A DNA stretch of 63,892 nt, the filler included, from Aduncisulcus paluster (taxonomy: Eukaryota): the NCBI GenBank assembly GCA_024181965.1. It is 6 parts of 6 records of this genome, joined end to end, with 100 filler letters (N's around TTAATTAATTAA, not from the genome) between each part and the next. Parts side by side here need not be neighbours in the genome. Positions count along the whole stretch, not along the records: positions 1 to 8,830 come from BQXS01010970.1; positions 8,931 to 17,825 come from BQXS01010971.1; 4 more parts are not named here. One strand, 5' to 3'. The translations under genes were made by a program, and so were the position numbers. The notes under the pieces are model-generated. The model was given only the letters and a program-made list of their open reading frames with translations. It searched no databases and had not been told where the DNA came from. Of this stretch, positions 1 to 10,499 are shown in pieces (the stretch's first letter is position 1; the number at the start of each line of letters is the position of its first letter).

Positions 1-5
1 TTCTT

Positions 6-674
6 GTGTATATCATTTACTTGTGTTGTGTGATCAAACGCATGGAACGATCGATATCTGGGAGTTCTGTCCTCAGCAACCGAAAAGTGAAACATCGAAA
101 GCAGGTTGTGACTGTGAAAAGGAGGAAGAAGAAGACGTTATTGAATCAAGGTCTTGTGACGAAAGAGGAGTCAGCAAATAAGATCCATCCCTTGCATCCC
201 TTGCATCCAGTTCAAGATGCAGAAGAAGAAATGGTGTCTGTTCTTCCTTCAATGACATCTCCAGTAATGATTCAACATGATGTTCATGATCCAGATTCAA
301 ATCCTTCTTCCTCTTATTCCTGTTCTTCCTCTTCTGACGATGACGATAGAATGAGAGAAATCCAAGACTCAGAGAAGGCAAAGGAGAACAAACAGAAGCA
401 AAAGCAGAAGCAGAAGCAGAAGAAGAGATTGCAGAAGAAAGTGATGATACGGAAGAAATCGACATCGATGCCGAAGATGTCGTCAAAAGAGGAGAATGGT
501 GATGCTCATCCAAGAATATCCTCAGATAAGAGTGTCCATGTCCCTTCTGGTCGTGCTGAGGATGAATGTGCTACCGATACTTTGCAGAAGAAGAGCACAA
601 AGAACAAGAGGAAGAAAGGGAAAGTGATCAGGTCACGACAGATTGTGAGACGGGCAATCAAACAAATGCCTTGA
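6..674 (+). CDS. Hypothetical low-complexity Lys/Ser-rich protein, probably 5'-partial
   Basis: 222-codon open frame from the window edge with poly-Ser and (QK)n tracts. A competing minus-strand ORF (73-513) makes the strand uncertain. Confidence 0.3.
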   Translation: MYIIYLCCVIKRMERSISGSSVLSNRKVKHRKQVVTVKRRKKKTLLNQGLVTKEESANKIHPLHPLHPVQDAEEEMVSVLPSMTSPVMIQHDVHDPDSNPSSSYSCSSSSDDDDRMREIQDSEKAKENKQKQKQKQKQKKRLQKKVMIRKKSTSMPKMSSKEENGDAHPRISSDKSVHVPSGRAEDECATDTLQKKSTKNKRKKGKVIRSRQIVRRAIKQMP

Positions 675-915
675 TGATATTTGGAATGGGTTCGATTCAA
701 AGTCCCATTCAATGAGTCATTAGTTGAATGATCGGACTGATGATGTATGTTTTTTTACTGTGGTGAACCGTGGAACCAACTGTGAGATTTGCAGATAAAA
801 TGGTAGACTCTCTCTGCCTCACAAATTGTAGCAGTACTCCTTGTTTCCTTCAGGAAATTCCTTCTTGAATCATTGATTCGATTGCACATTGGAAGCGAAC
901 GTTATCTCATAGCTT

Positions 916-1338
916 TCAATCATCCATAGTTGTTCTGTAAATCTCTTCCTCTCTCCTTCCTACAGGTAATGAAAATGAATATGTTGTGTCAAATTGGTGG
1001 GTTATAGACTCTCTTTGAGTTCGGTGAAGTGGAGCATGTTTCTCTGCTCGAAGTTTCGCTATCATCTCTTTCCTCCCTTTAAGATCAGCAATGGAAGCAC
1101 TATATGCAGGTGATACAGAAGATGACCAAAGAGTCGAACGGTTGAATGAGAAAGGGTACTCACCATTTCTTTGATGATCACCATCCAATCGAGATGAATG
1201 AATTTGAGATCGGCGGTCATCGACATCAACGGTCGAAAAATGGGATCCGACAAGCGGTTTGATTAATTCTTCATTCCCAAGTCCATAAGCAGGCATTTGA
1301 GAAGAATCATTCTTCTTTGGATCACTGTATAAGCGCAT
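916..1338 (-). CDS. Small hypothetical protein
   Basis: ~140-codon ORF with coding-like GC next to an AT-rich upstream region. No recognisable motif; the 5' end is unresolved. Confidence 0.3.
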   Translation of the reverse strand: MRLYSDPKKNDSSQMPAYGLGNEELIKPLVGSHFSTVDVDDRRSQIHSSRLDGDHQRNGEYPFSFNRSTLWSSSVSPAYSASIADLKGRKEMIAKLRAEKHAPLHRTQRESITHQFDTTYSFSLPVGRREEEIYRTTMDD

Positions 1339-1835
1339 CACCGCTGGGGGAATAATTTATTCAAAGTTTCTTGTCCATACGACCTAAAAGACATGATAGG
1401 CAAGATAGCGATTGGGGAGAGAATAATAATATGAAAAAGAAAACTACATCAAAAATGTAATTTAAATTTCGAAAATTACCGAAAAAAAAAAAAAAAAAAA
1501 AACAGAAAAATAACAAAAATTCTAAGGAGTTCATTTCAAGGTATTCTGAACGCTATAAATCATCTCCAAAAGAATCTACAATAATAATAATAAAATAGAA
1601 AATCATTGAAATCAAACCCCCCCACCTTTCTCTCAATCATAGAAGAAGAAATCCCACGAACAAAAGCTGAAACAAATCATCAAAAGAGTTACCAACGACA
1701 AAAAGTACAGACATTCATACAAATGCATATATAATAGATATACATTTTCTACAATATCATGTAATAATGCCATGCACATTCAAATACACATATTATTGCG
1801 CAATAAAATTCCAGCAATCAAGGATATATTTTGTT

Positions 1836-1838
<3 letters not shown>

Positions 1839-1886
<48 letters not shown>
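1839..1886. repeat. (GA)n microsatellite
   Basis: Perfect GA dinucleotide run of about 24 units. Confidence 0.95.
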
Positions 1887-1889
<3 letters not shown>

Positions 1890-1978
1890 ATAATAAATAA
1901 AATGTAAAAGGATCATAACTTAACATCCTCTTCCCTATTGGTTATATATATAGTATAGTATTCAGTATAGTATAGTAT

Positions 1979-3535
1979 TCACCATCCATATCTAGGAGCT
2001 TCCAATTCCATACCACTCTGAACACTTCCTTGACCACCATACCCATGGATAGACTGTTCTCCAGAGAGGTGATGAGAAGGGAGAGCAGGCATGTGATAGA
2101 CAGAAGAAGGGGAAAACATCTTCCCAAAGCCAAGGGTAGTGTCGAGAGGGTCACCAATAAGCGCCGAATGGACAGGATTGCACGACATACCAGTGCTGGA
2201 AGGGAGAGGAATGGGAGGGAGCGGGAAAAGGAAGTTGGGCACAAGAAGACGATTAGAGGACTTGATAGTACTTGAGTCTCTGTCGAAATAGGTTGAGAAG
2301 AGTCCATGAGAGGTTGAGGGAGGTGACGCTCGAGAGGGACGGAAAGCAGAATCTGTGGAGGGTGCCAGTGGAGGATTAGAAGTAAACTGAGCATTGTCAT
2401 GGGATATATGGCCATCAGAACCATCCACACCGAAGTAAGCTGACATGGAGGACACAGGGTGATCTGGCTTCTGAAGAGATTTATCAGTAGTACTAGGAAA
2501 ACTGAGCATATCTTCCACACTGTTTTCTTCATCTTTCACCTGAGTAGAACAATAATAACCGCCGTGAAGGGAGGAAGAGTCATGTTCTCCGACAGAAATG
2601 GCAGGTATGGAGTCCTGCTGCATTGGAAAGTCACAAGAGGTTCCAAATAATGTTGAACCAAGGCCAGAACCCTCACTTGAGATGAAAGTCGTCGGAGGTT
2701 GGCACTGAGGTACGGGGGAGAAAGGAGAAGATTCTGATTTGAAGGTAATCACGCTCTCGGAGGACTGGACCCCAGCAGCACTAATATCGACGCCAGAATC
2801 CTCAGAGTCCTCATCCTTTTCATTAGACGAAGTCATGAATGTTGTTATTGGGATCAAACGGCAAGATATCGAGGGATCAGAAGGGTATCCTTGAATGGTT
2901 GAATCTGAGAAGGCTTCTTTAACATATTTCTGGAAAGTATGCCGGGAAATAATGGCATCAGAACCTTTGGATTCGCCATGTTTAAGATCGACGGGCATTT
3001 GGAGAAGGGAACTTTTATAATATGAATAGAACCCTCGCCAGCTGGATACACCTTTGGGCATGAAAAGAGTCCTCGAAAATGAATCAATCAAAAGGGATGA
3101 CTGGGCAAATTCAATGGCTGCCTGTACGGCAGCGGCAGCGGCGCGGCGAGTACCTTGTCGAGTTTGAGAAGACTTAGCGGGAAGATCAGACTCAGAAGAC
3201 GTTAATTCCCTCTTAATTCTAGTTAATCTTGTATGACTAATTCCAAAAACAATAGAAAAAGCATTCATGCACCATTTCCACTTATTTTGGGCGAGATCAA
3301 AGAAGTTATCAACAAGCCAATTATTCTGAACAGAAGTAAGACATATGCCCTTTCCAGCATGAAGAGCCATAAAATCTTTTCGATATTTTTGAATATCTTC
3401 AGTAGATATCAGTTGAAGACATCTTTTTCGTTTACAACAAGTATTCGAAGAAATTGGATCAAATGGATCTTTTATACGGCCCATATTCTGATTTGGAATA
3501 AGTGGATAAGACCTTGTTGAAATAGTAGGGGACAA
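1979..3535 (-). CDS. Protein with a Sola-type transposase N-terminal (Cys-rich/HTH-like) module and a Ser/Pro-rich low-complexity C-terminus; no catalytic domain
   Basis: Motifs CCKRKRCLQLISTEDIQKYRKDF, QNNWLVD, WCMNAFSIVFGISHTRLTRIK, LFMPKG..W..FY..Y and ISRHTFQKYVKEAF occur in the order seen in Sola/DUF7869-associated transposase N-termini. First in-frame ATG is at 3484. Confidence 0.6.
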   Translation of the reverse strand: MSPTISTRSYPLIPNQNMGRIKDPFDPISSNTCCKRKRCLQLISTEDIQKYRKDFMALHAGKGICLTSVQNNWLVDNFFDLAQNKWKWCMNAFSIVFGISHTRLTRIKRELTSSESDLPAKSSQTRQGTRRAAAAAVQAAIEFAQSSLLIDSFSRTLFMPKGVSSWRGFYSYYKSSLLQMPVDLKHGESKGSDAIISRHTFQKYVKEAFSDSTIQGYPSDPSISCRLIPITTFMTSSNEKDEDSEDSGVDISAAGVQSSESVITFKSESSPFSPVPQCQPPTTFISSEGSGLGSTLFGTSCDFPMQQDSIPAISVGEHDSSSLHGGYYCSTQVKDEENSVEDMLSFPSTTDKSLQKPDHPVSSMSAYFGVDGSDGHISHDNAQFTSNPPLAPSTDSAFRPSRASPPSTSHGLFSTYFDRDSSTIKSSNRLLVPNFLFPLPPIPLPSSTGMSCNPVHSALIGDPLDTTLGFGKMFSPSSVYHMPALPSHHLSGEQSIHGYGGQGSVQSGMELEAPRYGW

Positions 3536-3859
3536 ATCAATGATAACATCCTCTTCGGTTTAGACGCTGTCTAGAAGATTTCGAAACTTTGAAGGATCCA
3601 TCCCCAATAAAAATATTATATATTGTTAAGAAAATAAATCTCACGATTTCACCCGAATTTTCGATCGCTAGTTTTGAATATCATTGATAATTCACACAAT
3701 ATTTTGCGCTCGTGGTATTTAAGATATTTGGTAATAATAAATCATATTTTACTTTTTATCCCAATTTGACAAAGGATTTTTTCCCGTCAGATATTCCTGA
3801 TTGAATAAGGATACCGTCATGCTTTGTCAACCTTTTGATTCCACGTTTCATTGAACCAT

Positions 3860-6190
3860 ATGTCATCATCTTCAGTCGAACATTTTAAGAGAATTGAGAG
3901 TTCCAATGGGTTACGTTGTACATGGAATGTTTGGCCTTCTTCCAAACAGGCAGCTGTAAAATTATCAGTTCCCGTTTCAATGCTTTACTCCCCAATGAAA
4001 CAAATTTCTGGTCTCAAAAAGCTTCCTTATAAACCCGTGATGTGTCCTAGATGCCGTAGTGTCTTGAATCCTTACTGTTCTATCAATTTTGAAAGAAAGA
4101 CATATTTATGTCCTTTTTGTGAGAACCAAGCCGCTCTTCCAGCTTCTTACAATGCTATTTCTACCGAATGTTTACCTGCTGAGGTTATGCCACAATTCAC
4201 GACCGTTGAATATGTTCGTGAATCTTCTGAAGTTGAGAAAACCCCTCCTATCTTCATGTTTGTCCTTGATATCACATTAAGAGAAGAACAATTGCAATCT
4301 GCCATCGACGGAATCCAATATGTTATCTCTACTCTTCCCGAATACGTTAGAGTCGGATTGATTACCTTTGGAACTGTTGTTCAGGTTCACGAATTAACCC
4401 ATGATCAGATTCCACGTGTTTACATGTTCCGCGGACACAAAGCTTTCTCTGAGAAGGATATTGAAGACTATTTGGAACTTAAAACAACCAATTCTGTCAA
4501 AAACAACCAAAAGTTTGTTATGTCAATGAAAGATTGTGCTCTCACCCTCTCAGAACTTCTTGATACCCTCAAACATGATCCATGGCCCGTTACTAAGCAC
4601 AAACGTCCCTACAGGTGTACTGGAGCCGCCCTTAACGTGGCTTCTTCCGTTCTTGCTGCTTTGTATCCCCTATCAGGCTCTCGTATTGTCCTCATCACTG
4701 GTGGACCATGTACATTGGGTCCTGGACAGGTTGTTAGCACAGATCTCGAGCAGAAAATGCGTTCTCAACGTAACATTGAGAAGAAAGAACCCGAGGCCAA
4801 GCTTGTTGCAGGCGCGACCAAGTTTTACACAGAGCTTGCCCGTAGAATGGCTCGTAGCTTCCAATGTACTGACATTTTCTGTGGCAGTGTGCATCAATGT
4901 GGTCTCCTCGAGATGCGACCTCTTCTTGATCTTACCGGAGGAAGAACTCTTATCGCTGAGGCATGTACCGATGATTCCTTCAGATTCTCATTTGAGAAAC
5001 TATTTGAAGGAGTTGTTGTGGACTCCTCTGTCGGAATGGCTGAGATGGCTGGAACAGAAGTTGATGAGCCCGTTGTTGAGGGAGAGTTCAAGCTTGGTTT
5101 CAGTGGTGTCGTAGAGATGTCTTTGCCCAAGGATGTTCTCGTGTCTGGCTGTATTGGACAATGCGCCACTCTTCCTGTTGTGTCTACAAGCAAACATATG
5201 GTATCCACGGCCACAGTTGGCCAAGGAGGCACCAACAGGTGGAGAATGTGTGGTCTGGACAGTGAGTCCACCCTTGCTTTCATCCTTGAGGTAGGATCCA
5301 AGGAACCCTCAATGCCTGCCCAAGGAGCTGTTAAGGTCGTCCAGTTCAGGACAGTCTACACAACCTCCACTGGAGATAAGGTGATGCGTGTGAGTACAGT
5401 TGGATTCCCATGGGTTGACGGCTCTCAGAAGCAAGTCATTGGAAGTGGATTCGATGAGGACGCTGCTGCCGTTGTCATGAGTAGAATCGCCTCCTGGAGA
5501 TGTGACATGGGCACACCCGAACGTGAGGTAACGAGAAGCATTGACAGGACCCTCATTCGTCTTGTCTCATTGTTCGCACAATACCAGAGAGGAATGCCTC
5601 ATACGTTTGCTCTCACTGAGGGATTCCAGCAATTCCCGCAAACTATGTTCCATTTCCGGCGTTCTCCCTTCATGCAGACCTTTGGATACTCCCCCGATGA
5701 GGTTGCCTTTTCTAGACACCTCATCCTCCGTGAGTGTCTTAAGAACAGCATGATCATGATTCGTCCCACTCTCACTGCCTTCCGTACTGACGATCCTGCT
5801 GGGTCTCAGGTTATTCTGGATAGTACAAGTGCCAAGAATGACAGTGTCCTTCTTCTCGACTGTTTTACTGAGATTATTGTGTGGGTTGGAGAGGCCGTTG
5901 TATCTTGGAGAGAACAAGGAATCCACGAGCAGCCCGACTATGCCAATGTCAAACAAATGCTGGAACAACCCCTTGAAGATGCCCAAAGGATGATCCTGGA
6001 GAGATTCCCTGCTCCAAGGCTGTACACTAGTGACCAAGGAAAGAGTCAGCAAAGACGTCTTCTTGCAAGGCTCAATCCTTCAGCAACCCACAAGAGAGGT
6101 GAAGCTGCAGGGGGAGAAATCATTATCACTGATGACGTTAACCTTCAGAAGTTCTTGGATTCTCTCAAACACGCTGCTACTGAACAGTAA
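3860..6190 (+). CDS. SEC23: COPII coat subunit Sec23
   Basis: GLRCTWNVWP start, CPRC..CPFC zinc finger, trunk motifs (PPIFMFVLD, VGLITFG, RCTGAAL, GGPCTLGPG), helical and gelsolin domains, SQQRRLLARLNPS arginine-finger region, TDDVNLQKF end. Confidence 0.97.
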   Translation: MSSSSVEHFKRIESSNGLRCTWNVWPSSKQAAVKLSVPVSMLYSPMKQISGLKKLPYKPVMCPRCRSVLNPYCSINFERKTYLCPFCENQAALPASYNAISTECLPAEVMPQFTTVEYVRESSEVEKTPPIFMFVLDITLREEQLQSAIDGIQYVISTLPEYVRVGLITFGTVVQVHELTHDQIPRVYMFRGHKAFSEKDIEDYLELKTTNSVKNNQKFVMSMKDCALTLSELLDTLKHDPWPVTKHKRPYRCTGAALNVASSVLAALYPLSGSRIVLITGGPCTLGPGQVVSTDLEQKMRSQRNIEKKEPEAKLVAGATKFYTELARRMARSFQCTDIFCGSVHQCGLLEMRPLLDLTGGRTLIAEACTDDSFRFSFEKLFEGVVVDSSVGMAEMAGTEVDEPVVEGEFKLGFSGVVEMSLPKDVLVSGCIGQCATLPVVSTSKHMVSTATVGQGGTNRWRMCGLDSESTLAFILEVGSKEPSMPAQGAVKVVQFRTVYTTSTGDKVMRVSTVGFPWVDGSQKQVIGSGFDEDAAAVVMSRIASWRCDMGTPEREVTRSIDRTLIRLVSLFAQYQRGMPHTFALTEGFQQFPQTMFHFRRSPFMQTFGYSPDEVAFSRHLILRECLKNSMIMIRPTLTAFRTDDPAGSQVILDSTSAKNDSVLLLDCFTEIIVWVGEAVVSWREQGIHEQPDYANVKQMLEQPLEDAQRMILERFPAPRLYTSDQGKSQQRRLLARLNPSATHKRGEAAGGEIIITDDVNLQKFLDSLKHAATEQ

Positions 6191-6663
6191 GTGAATAGTC
6201 GATTCAACCAAGGGGAATGATCTTACAAAGTATAATATAAAATATAATCTTTTTATTTTCCTCTTATTCTTCACTCCAATCTCATACTACCTTGACATGA
6301 TTCATGAGATTTACCTGACTCAAAGTCTCGAGCTTCAAAGTTCTTGGTTTTATATTCAAATAAAATTAATCTTGAATATTGCGTAGTGAAGTATTGATCT
6401 CTGAAGAGGAAAATGGACAATATAAGACTTAGTTCATCATTTGACCATGTAATCTATAAATAGATCGGTACTGATATATATATCCAACACCGACATTATT
6501 CCAAAAGAAATAATAATATTAACACAAATTGTCGATATTTTGGGTTTAAAATATTTCAATCTCTATATAACATAGAACCAAGAGTAATAATCTCCATTAG
6601 TAGTACAGTACAGTATAAAATAGTATAGTAAAAATTAGAAATAATAGCATATATTCTATTACA

Positions 6664-8682
6664 TTACTCCATGACTTCGTAAGCTGGTAGATTGACTTCC
6701 AATATTACTTGAGGAGATCCGTCTGTTTCTCCGATACCTTCACATACCCCCACATGCACCAATATAGTCTCACCTTCCGACACTTTCTCTTTGCCACGCA
6801 CATCAAAGCTCTCCTCACAGGCAGCTTCACTCAGCACAACAGGAAGGGTACGAACAGGGTTCTTGACAGTAAATATAGTATTAGGATCATGACAAAACAC
6901 ACAGATAGGCACGTTTACCCCTTTCCCACCATCAGCACTTGAAACAGACACTATGACTTTAAAAAGAGGACCAATACCTTCACATACCCCCACATGCACC
7001 AATATAGTCTCACCTTCCGACACTTTCTCTTTGCCACGCACATCAAAGCTCTCCTCACAGGCAGCTTCACTCAGCACAACAGGAAGGGTACGAACAGGGT
7101 TCTTGACAGTAAATATAGTATTAGGATCATGACAAAACACACAGATAGGCACGTTTACCCCTTTCCCACCATCAGCACTTGAAACAGACACTATGACTTT
7201 AAAAAGAGGACCAATACCTTCAATCTTAGCAGAGGCACGTAACCTAGCAGGTTTTACCCTCAGTTTCTTGCTAACTTTCGACCCAACACCACCACCACGT
7301 CTCTCCACAACAAGATCTCGGTACTGCTGGGTGATGGAGAGTCTAAGGTCAGATCTGGCAGCTGTGTAAGGAACGTGGGTCTGTGGACCTTCAGATAGAG
7401 GCGGAGCAGGGATAGATATGGGAATATCAAGCTCTAAGGGTGGTCCTCTCCTCGGTTGTGCTCGAAGGGACTGTGGTTGACTCAATTCATAGACATATAG
7501 TCCACCAATACTGGTTATACATATTAAACACACTTTGGCACCGCCATATGGAGCTACTTTAACAGTAACAACGGGATGGGGCAAAGTTAAATGAGAAACT
7601 TCATTGCCATCGTTGTATATAAGCACCTTTCCATCAGCACACCCAACACACACACCAGAAAACGTTGTACGAACATCATTGATTACACACATGCATAAAA
7701 TATCACTCTCAAGCTTCACCCTACTCTTTAAATGACCCTTAACAGTCACTTGAACTACTTCTCGACTAATAGTGGCAAAATAGACACTTCTTTTGATTCT
7801 GACAAATGACACAGCGGGTTTCTCGAATGATATAATGTTTTTGGATAGCTTATTATCCTTGATATTGTAGACATCCCCGTCACGAGTCAAAATAAATATC
7901 CTATACGTTCCAACATAACTACCTTCAACCTGGATGGATAGAGGAGTACTGGGGAGTTTCCAACGACCTACAGTCTTTTTTCCCTTTGTATCGAGAAGGA
8001 ATACTCCACCATTCTCGGTACATATAATAATGTTGGTCAAAGTCCGGTGGGCAACTTCTACACCTTCTCTTGTATGTGGAAGCTTTCCAAGACACACAAT
8101 TGGACTTCTAGGAGCAAGTGGAGAATCTTTTGAGAGAGTTATAAGGTCTGAACGAGATCGAATAGGTGAATCTTCATTTATAACAGTCTTTGGTCCATGA
8201 CGAAGGGATAAAAGCCAGTTAGACCTCGGAGATAGAGATACACTTTCATTTTTTTGCAAATTTTTAAGAGATAGCACCATATCTTCTTCCTCAATTTTCC
8301 CGTCACGAATTTTCTCCCACAATTCTTTTTCTCTCTCATCTACATCATCTATTGGTACAGTGAATCTCGTACCAACGGGACGAATTGAATCGATGAATGC
8401 ATAAAAGTAGATCGTCTCAGCAATGCTAACGGCAATATATATCTTCGGAACTTTTTCTAGAACAATATTACATATAATACATGATGAAGGAAAGTCCATA
8501 AGAGGATATTCTTGCCATTCTTTTTCAATTTTAATGCGTAATACTTTGGCTTGCTCAGCAAACACCAATCCACTCTTGCCTTCAGCTATATCTCCACTAT
8601 CAAGACAACTGAAAGGTGCACCGACACCAGCGTATTCTTCTGCAATAATTGGGTCCCAAATTCTCGTTAGAACAGGATTCAT
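6664..8682 (-). CDS. BBS1: Bardet-Biedl syndrome 1 (BBSome subunit) homolog
   Basis: N-terminal beta-propeller motifs (IRP..RFTVP...VDEREKELW, LSPRS..LLSL, IIICTENGGVFLLD, EGSYVGTYRIFILTRDGDVYNIK) and a C-terminal GAE-like LSAKIEGIGPLFKV-type motif. Contains an 80-aa internal duplication. Confidence 0.88.
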   Translation of the reverse strand: MNPVLTRIWDPIIAEEYAGVGAPFSCLDSGDIAEGKSGLVFAEQAKVLRIKIEKEWQEYPLMDFPSSCIICNIVLEKVPKIYIAVSIAETIYFYAFIDSIRPVGTRFTVPIDDVDEREKELWEKIRDGKIEEEDMVLSLKNLQKNESVSLSPRSNWLLSLRHGPKTVINEDSPIRSRSDLITLSKDSPLAPRSPIVCLGKLPHTREGVEVAHRTLTNIIICTENGGVFLLDTKGKKTVGRWKLPSTPLSIQVEGSYVGTYRIFILTRDGDVYNIKDNKLSKNIISFEKPAVSFVRIKRSVYFATISREVVQVTVKGHLKSRVKLESDILCMCVINDVRTTFSGVCVGCADGKVLIYNDGNEVSHLTLPHPVVTVKVAPYGGAKVCLICITSIGGLYVYELSQPQSLRAQPRRGPPLELDIPISIPAPPLSEGPQTHVPYTAARSDLRLSITQQYRDLVVERRGGGVGSKVSKKLRVKPARLRASAKIEGIGPLFKVIVSVSSADGGKGVNVPICVFCHDPNTIFTVKNPVRTLPVVLSEAACEESFDVRGKEKVSEGETILVHVGVCEGIGPLFKVIVSVSSADGGKGVNVPICVFCHDPNTIFTVKNPVRTLPVVLSEAACEESFDVRGKEKVSEGETILVHVGVCEGIGETDGSPQVILEVNLPAYEVME
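6734..7222. repeat. Exact 240-bp tandem duplication inside BBS1 (in frame)
   Basis: 6734-6973 is identical to 6974-7213, with a 9-bp microhomology ATACCTTCA at the junctions and no Ns. Confidence 0.95.
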
Positions 8683-8830
8683 TAACGTGTTGTCAAGGGA
8701 AAAGGCGAAGAAAAAAAGTCACAAGAAGGGATTAAACCCCAAAGCAAGATAAAATGATAAGAAATGAAATAATATTGCCATAATTTCTTTAATATTTTTA
8801 GCAGAGGCACGTAACCTAGCAGGTTTTACC

Positions 8831-8930
8831 NNNNNNNNNNNNNNNNNNNNNNNNNNNNNNNNNNNNNNNNNNNNTTAATTAATTAANNNNNNNNNNNNNN
8901 NNNNNNNNNNNNNNNNNNNNNNNNNNNNNN
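8831..8930. other. Artificial contig linker (N44-TTAATTAATTAA-N44)
   Basis: Six-frame stop linker flanked by Ns. Confidence 0.97.
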
Positions 8931-10296
8931 ATCATCACGTTCTTCTCCTTCTTCTGTTCTTTCATCAATTTCTACTTTCTCAGTAGCATGAGAATGTCTA
9001 AAAATAGACAATGTATCATCATCAGAACAAACAGGAATAGGTTTCCAGCATTCTATGTTCTTTGTCGAGATGTTGTTACCAATACCGCATATAACAAGAC
9101 TCACTCTGCCCATTCCTCTCTCTCCTCTCTCTTTCTCACTTTGTTTGGGATAATCTAAACTATTTTTAGATACCGAATCCTTTCTTTGTCTTTCTTCGGC
9201 TTTGACTTCTTCTTTTTCCCGCTGGCTTCCAGTTTCTTGTCTTTCATCATCTTTTTCTTCATCTTTGCCCTGTCCTTGTCTTTCGTCCTTTCTTGTGCAA
9301 GCCGCGTCTCTGTTTCCATGTCGTCTATCACTTTTGAGGAATCCCAGCCTCTCCAACCTTCTTTCCAACCCACATAACTCCTGGCGGTAGCTCTTTTCTT
9401 CTGCATCAAGCGGCGACGAGCGTCTCTTACGTACATGGCTTCCGCTCGTTCCCGACGAACAATCTCCATTTGCATTTCCTTCTGAGCCGGCTCTGACAGC
9501 TTTGGAATCGGCTGGGTCGAGTGGAAGCGGATATATTTGTCTCTTTTCGCTTTTTCCTTCTTTAATTTCTTTTTCCGGCGTTCCGAATAAGTTTTTTCCC
9601 CGGCCCATTTTGAGATTATAGATGGTTTTTCTTTCTTTTGTTGTTTTTCTTCCTTTTTGATCCTTCTTTTCTCCCTCGCAAATAAACAACGGAATAAAGC
9701 CGTACCGCATGTGCAGCACATTGTTACCGGATATAATTAATTTTCCACTTGGTAAGAGGAACAAAAAGGCGGATCTACCGAAAGAAGGAGACATTCCACT
9801 TACACAGGCCCCTAAAATTGAATAAAATAGATAAAAATTAAATTAAATGGGTTAATATGGAGGGTAAAATAATAATTGAAGATGTTAAAACAGGTTTTAA
9901 AATGGGAAAAGGTGAAAAAGAAGATTGACATACCAGGATTGAAAAAAGACTGGAAAAAGGGAGATTTAACGGTTGAAATGAATTCATAGAATGATAAATT
10001 TTTGAAATAATGTGATATAATTTTCAATTTCTGACATAATTCAATTGATTTTGAATGATCCTTGGTTGGAAAAAATAACGAGAACTACATTGAAATATTG
10101 CAAATATAGATATCATTAGTAAAAAGATATAAAAACCACGAGAAAGAACTGAGAAATTATACTTAATAATACATACATTATCAATCCAAGGAAGCTTTTC
10201 AAATAATTTAATGATTGTAGGTTCTGAGATTTCACCCTCATATACAATTGTTTTGAAAATATGTTTTGATAAAGGTTTTAAACGGCTATTACTCAT
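8931..10296 (-). CDS. Three-exon hypothetical charged protein, 3'-truncated by gap (exons 10296-10177, 10084-9934, 9811-8931)
   Basis: Removing GTATGT..TAG introns 10176-10085 (phase 0) and 9933-9812 (phase 1) joins the ORF fragments 10024-10362, 9812-10027 and 8883-9794 into one frame. Confidence 0.65.
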
Positions 10297-10499
10297 ATTG
10301 GATGGCAATAGTAAGCAAGAAGGATGAAATCTTGCTAATCTCAGTCCCGAAGCTTTCTTCACTATATAAATCTAAGAATCATGAAAATATTCTTATTTTA
10401 TATGCACCAAACTGCTACAAAGTTATGATATTTGATGAATTTCTGAGCTTTCGTGAATTTTGAATTTTCTTCGAGATTTCAAATTTTCAGAGTTTGAAA

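Noticed and set aside
8799-8830. 32-bp copy of BBS1 coding sequence upstream of the gene
   Set aside because: It lies exactly at a contig end and is most simply a chimeric read or assembly tip.
9155-9721. 188-aa Lys/Met-rich overlapping ORF
   Set aside because: It is the shifted-frame shadow of a GAT/GAA-rich gene; the splice phases support the 8883-9794 frame.
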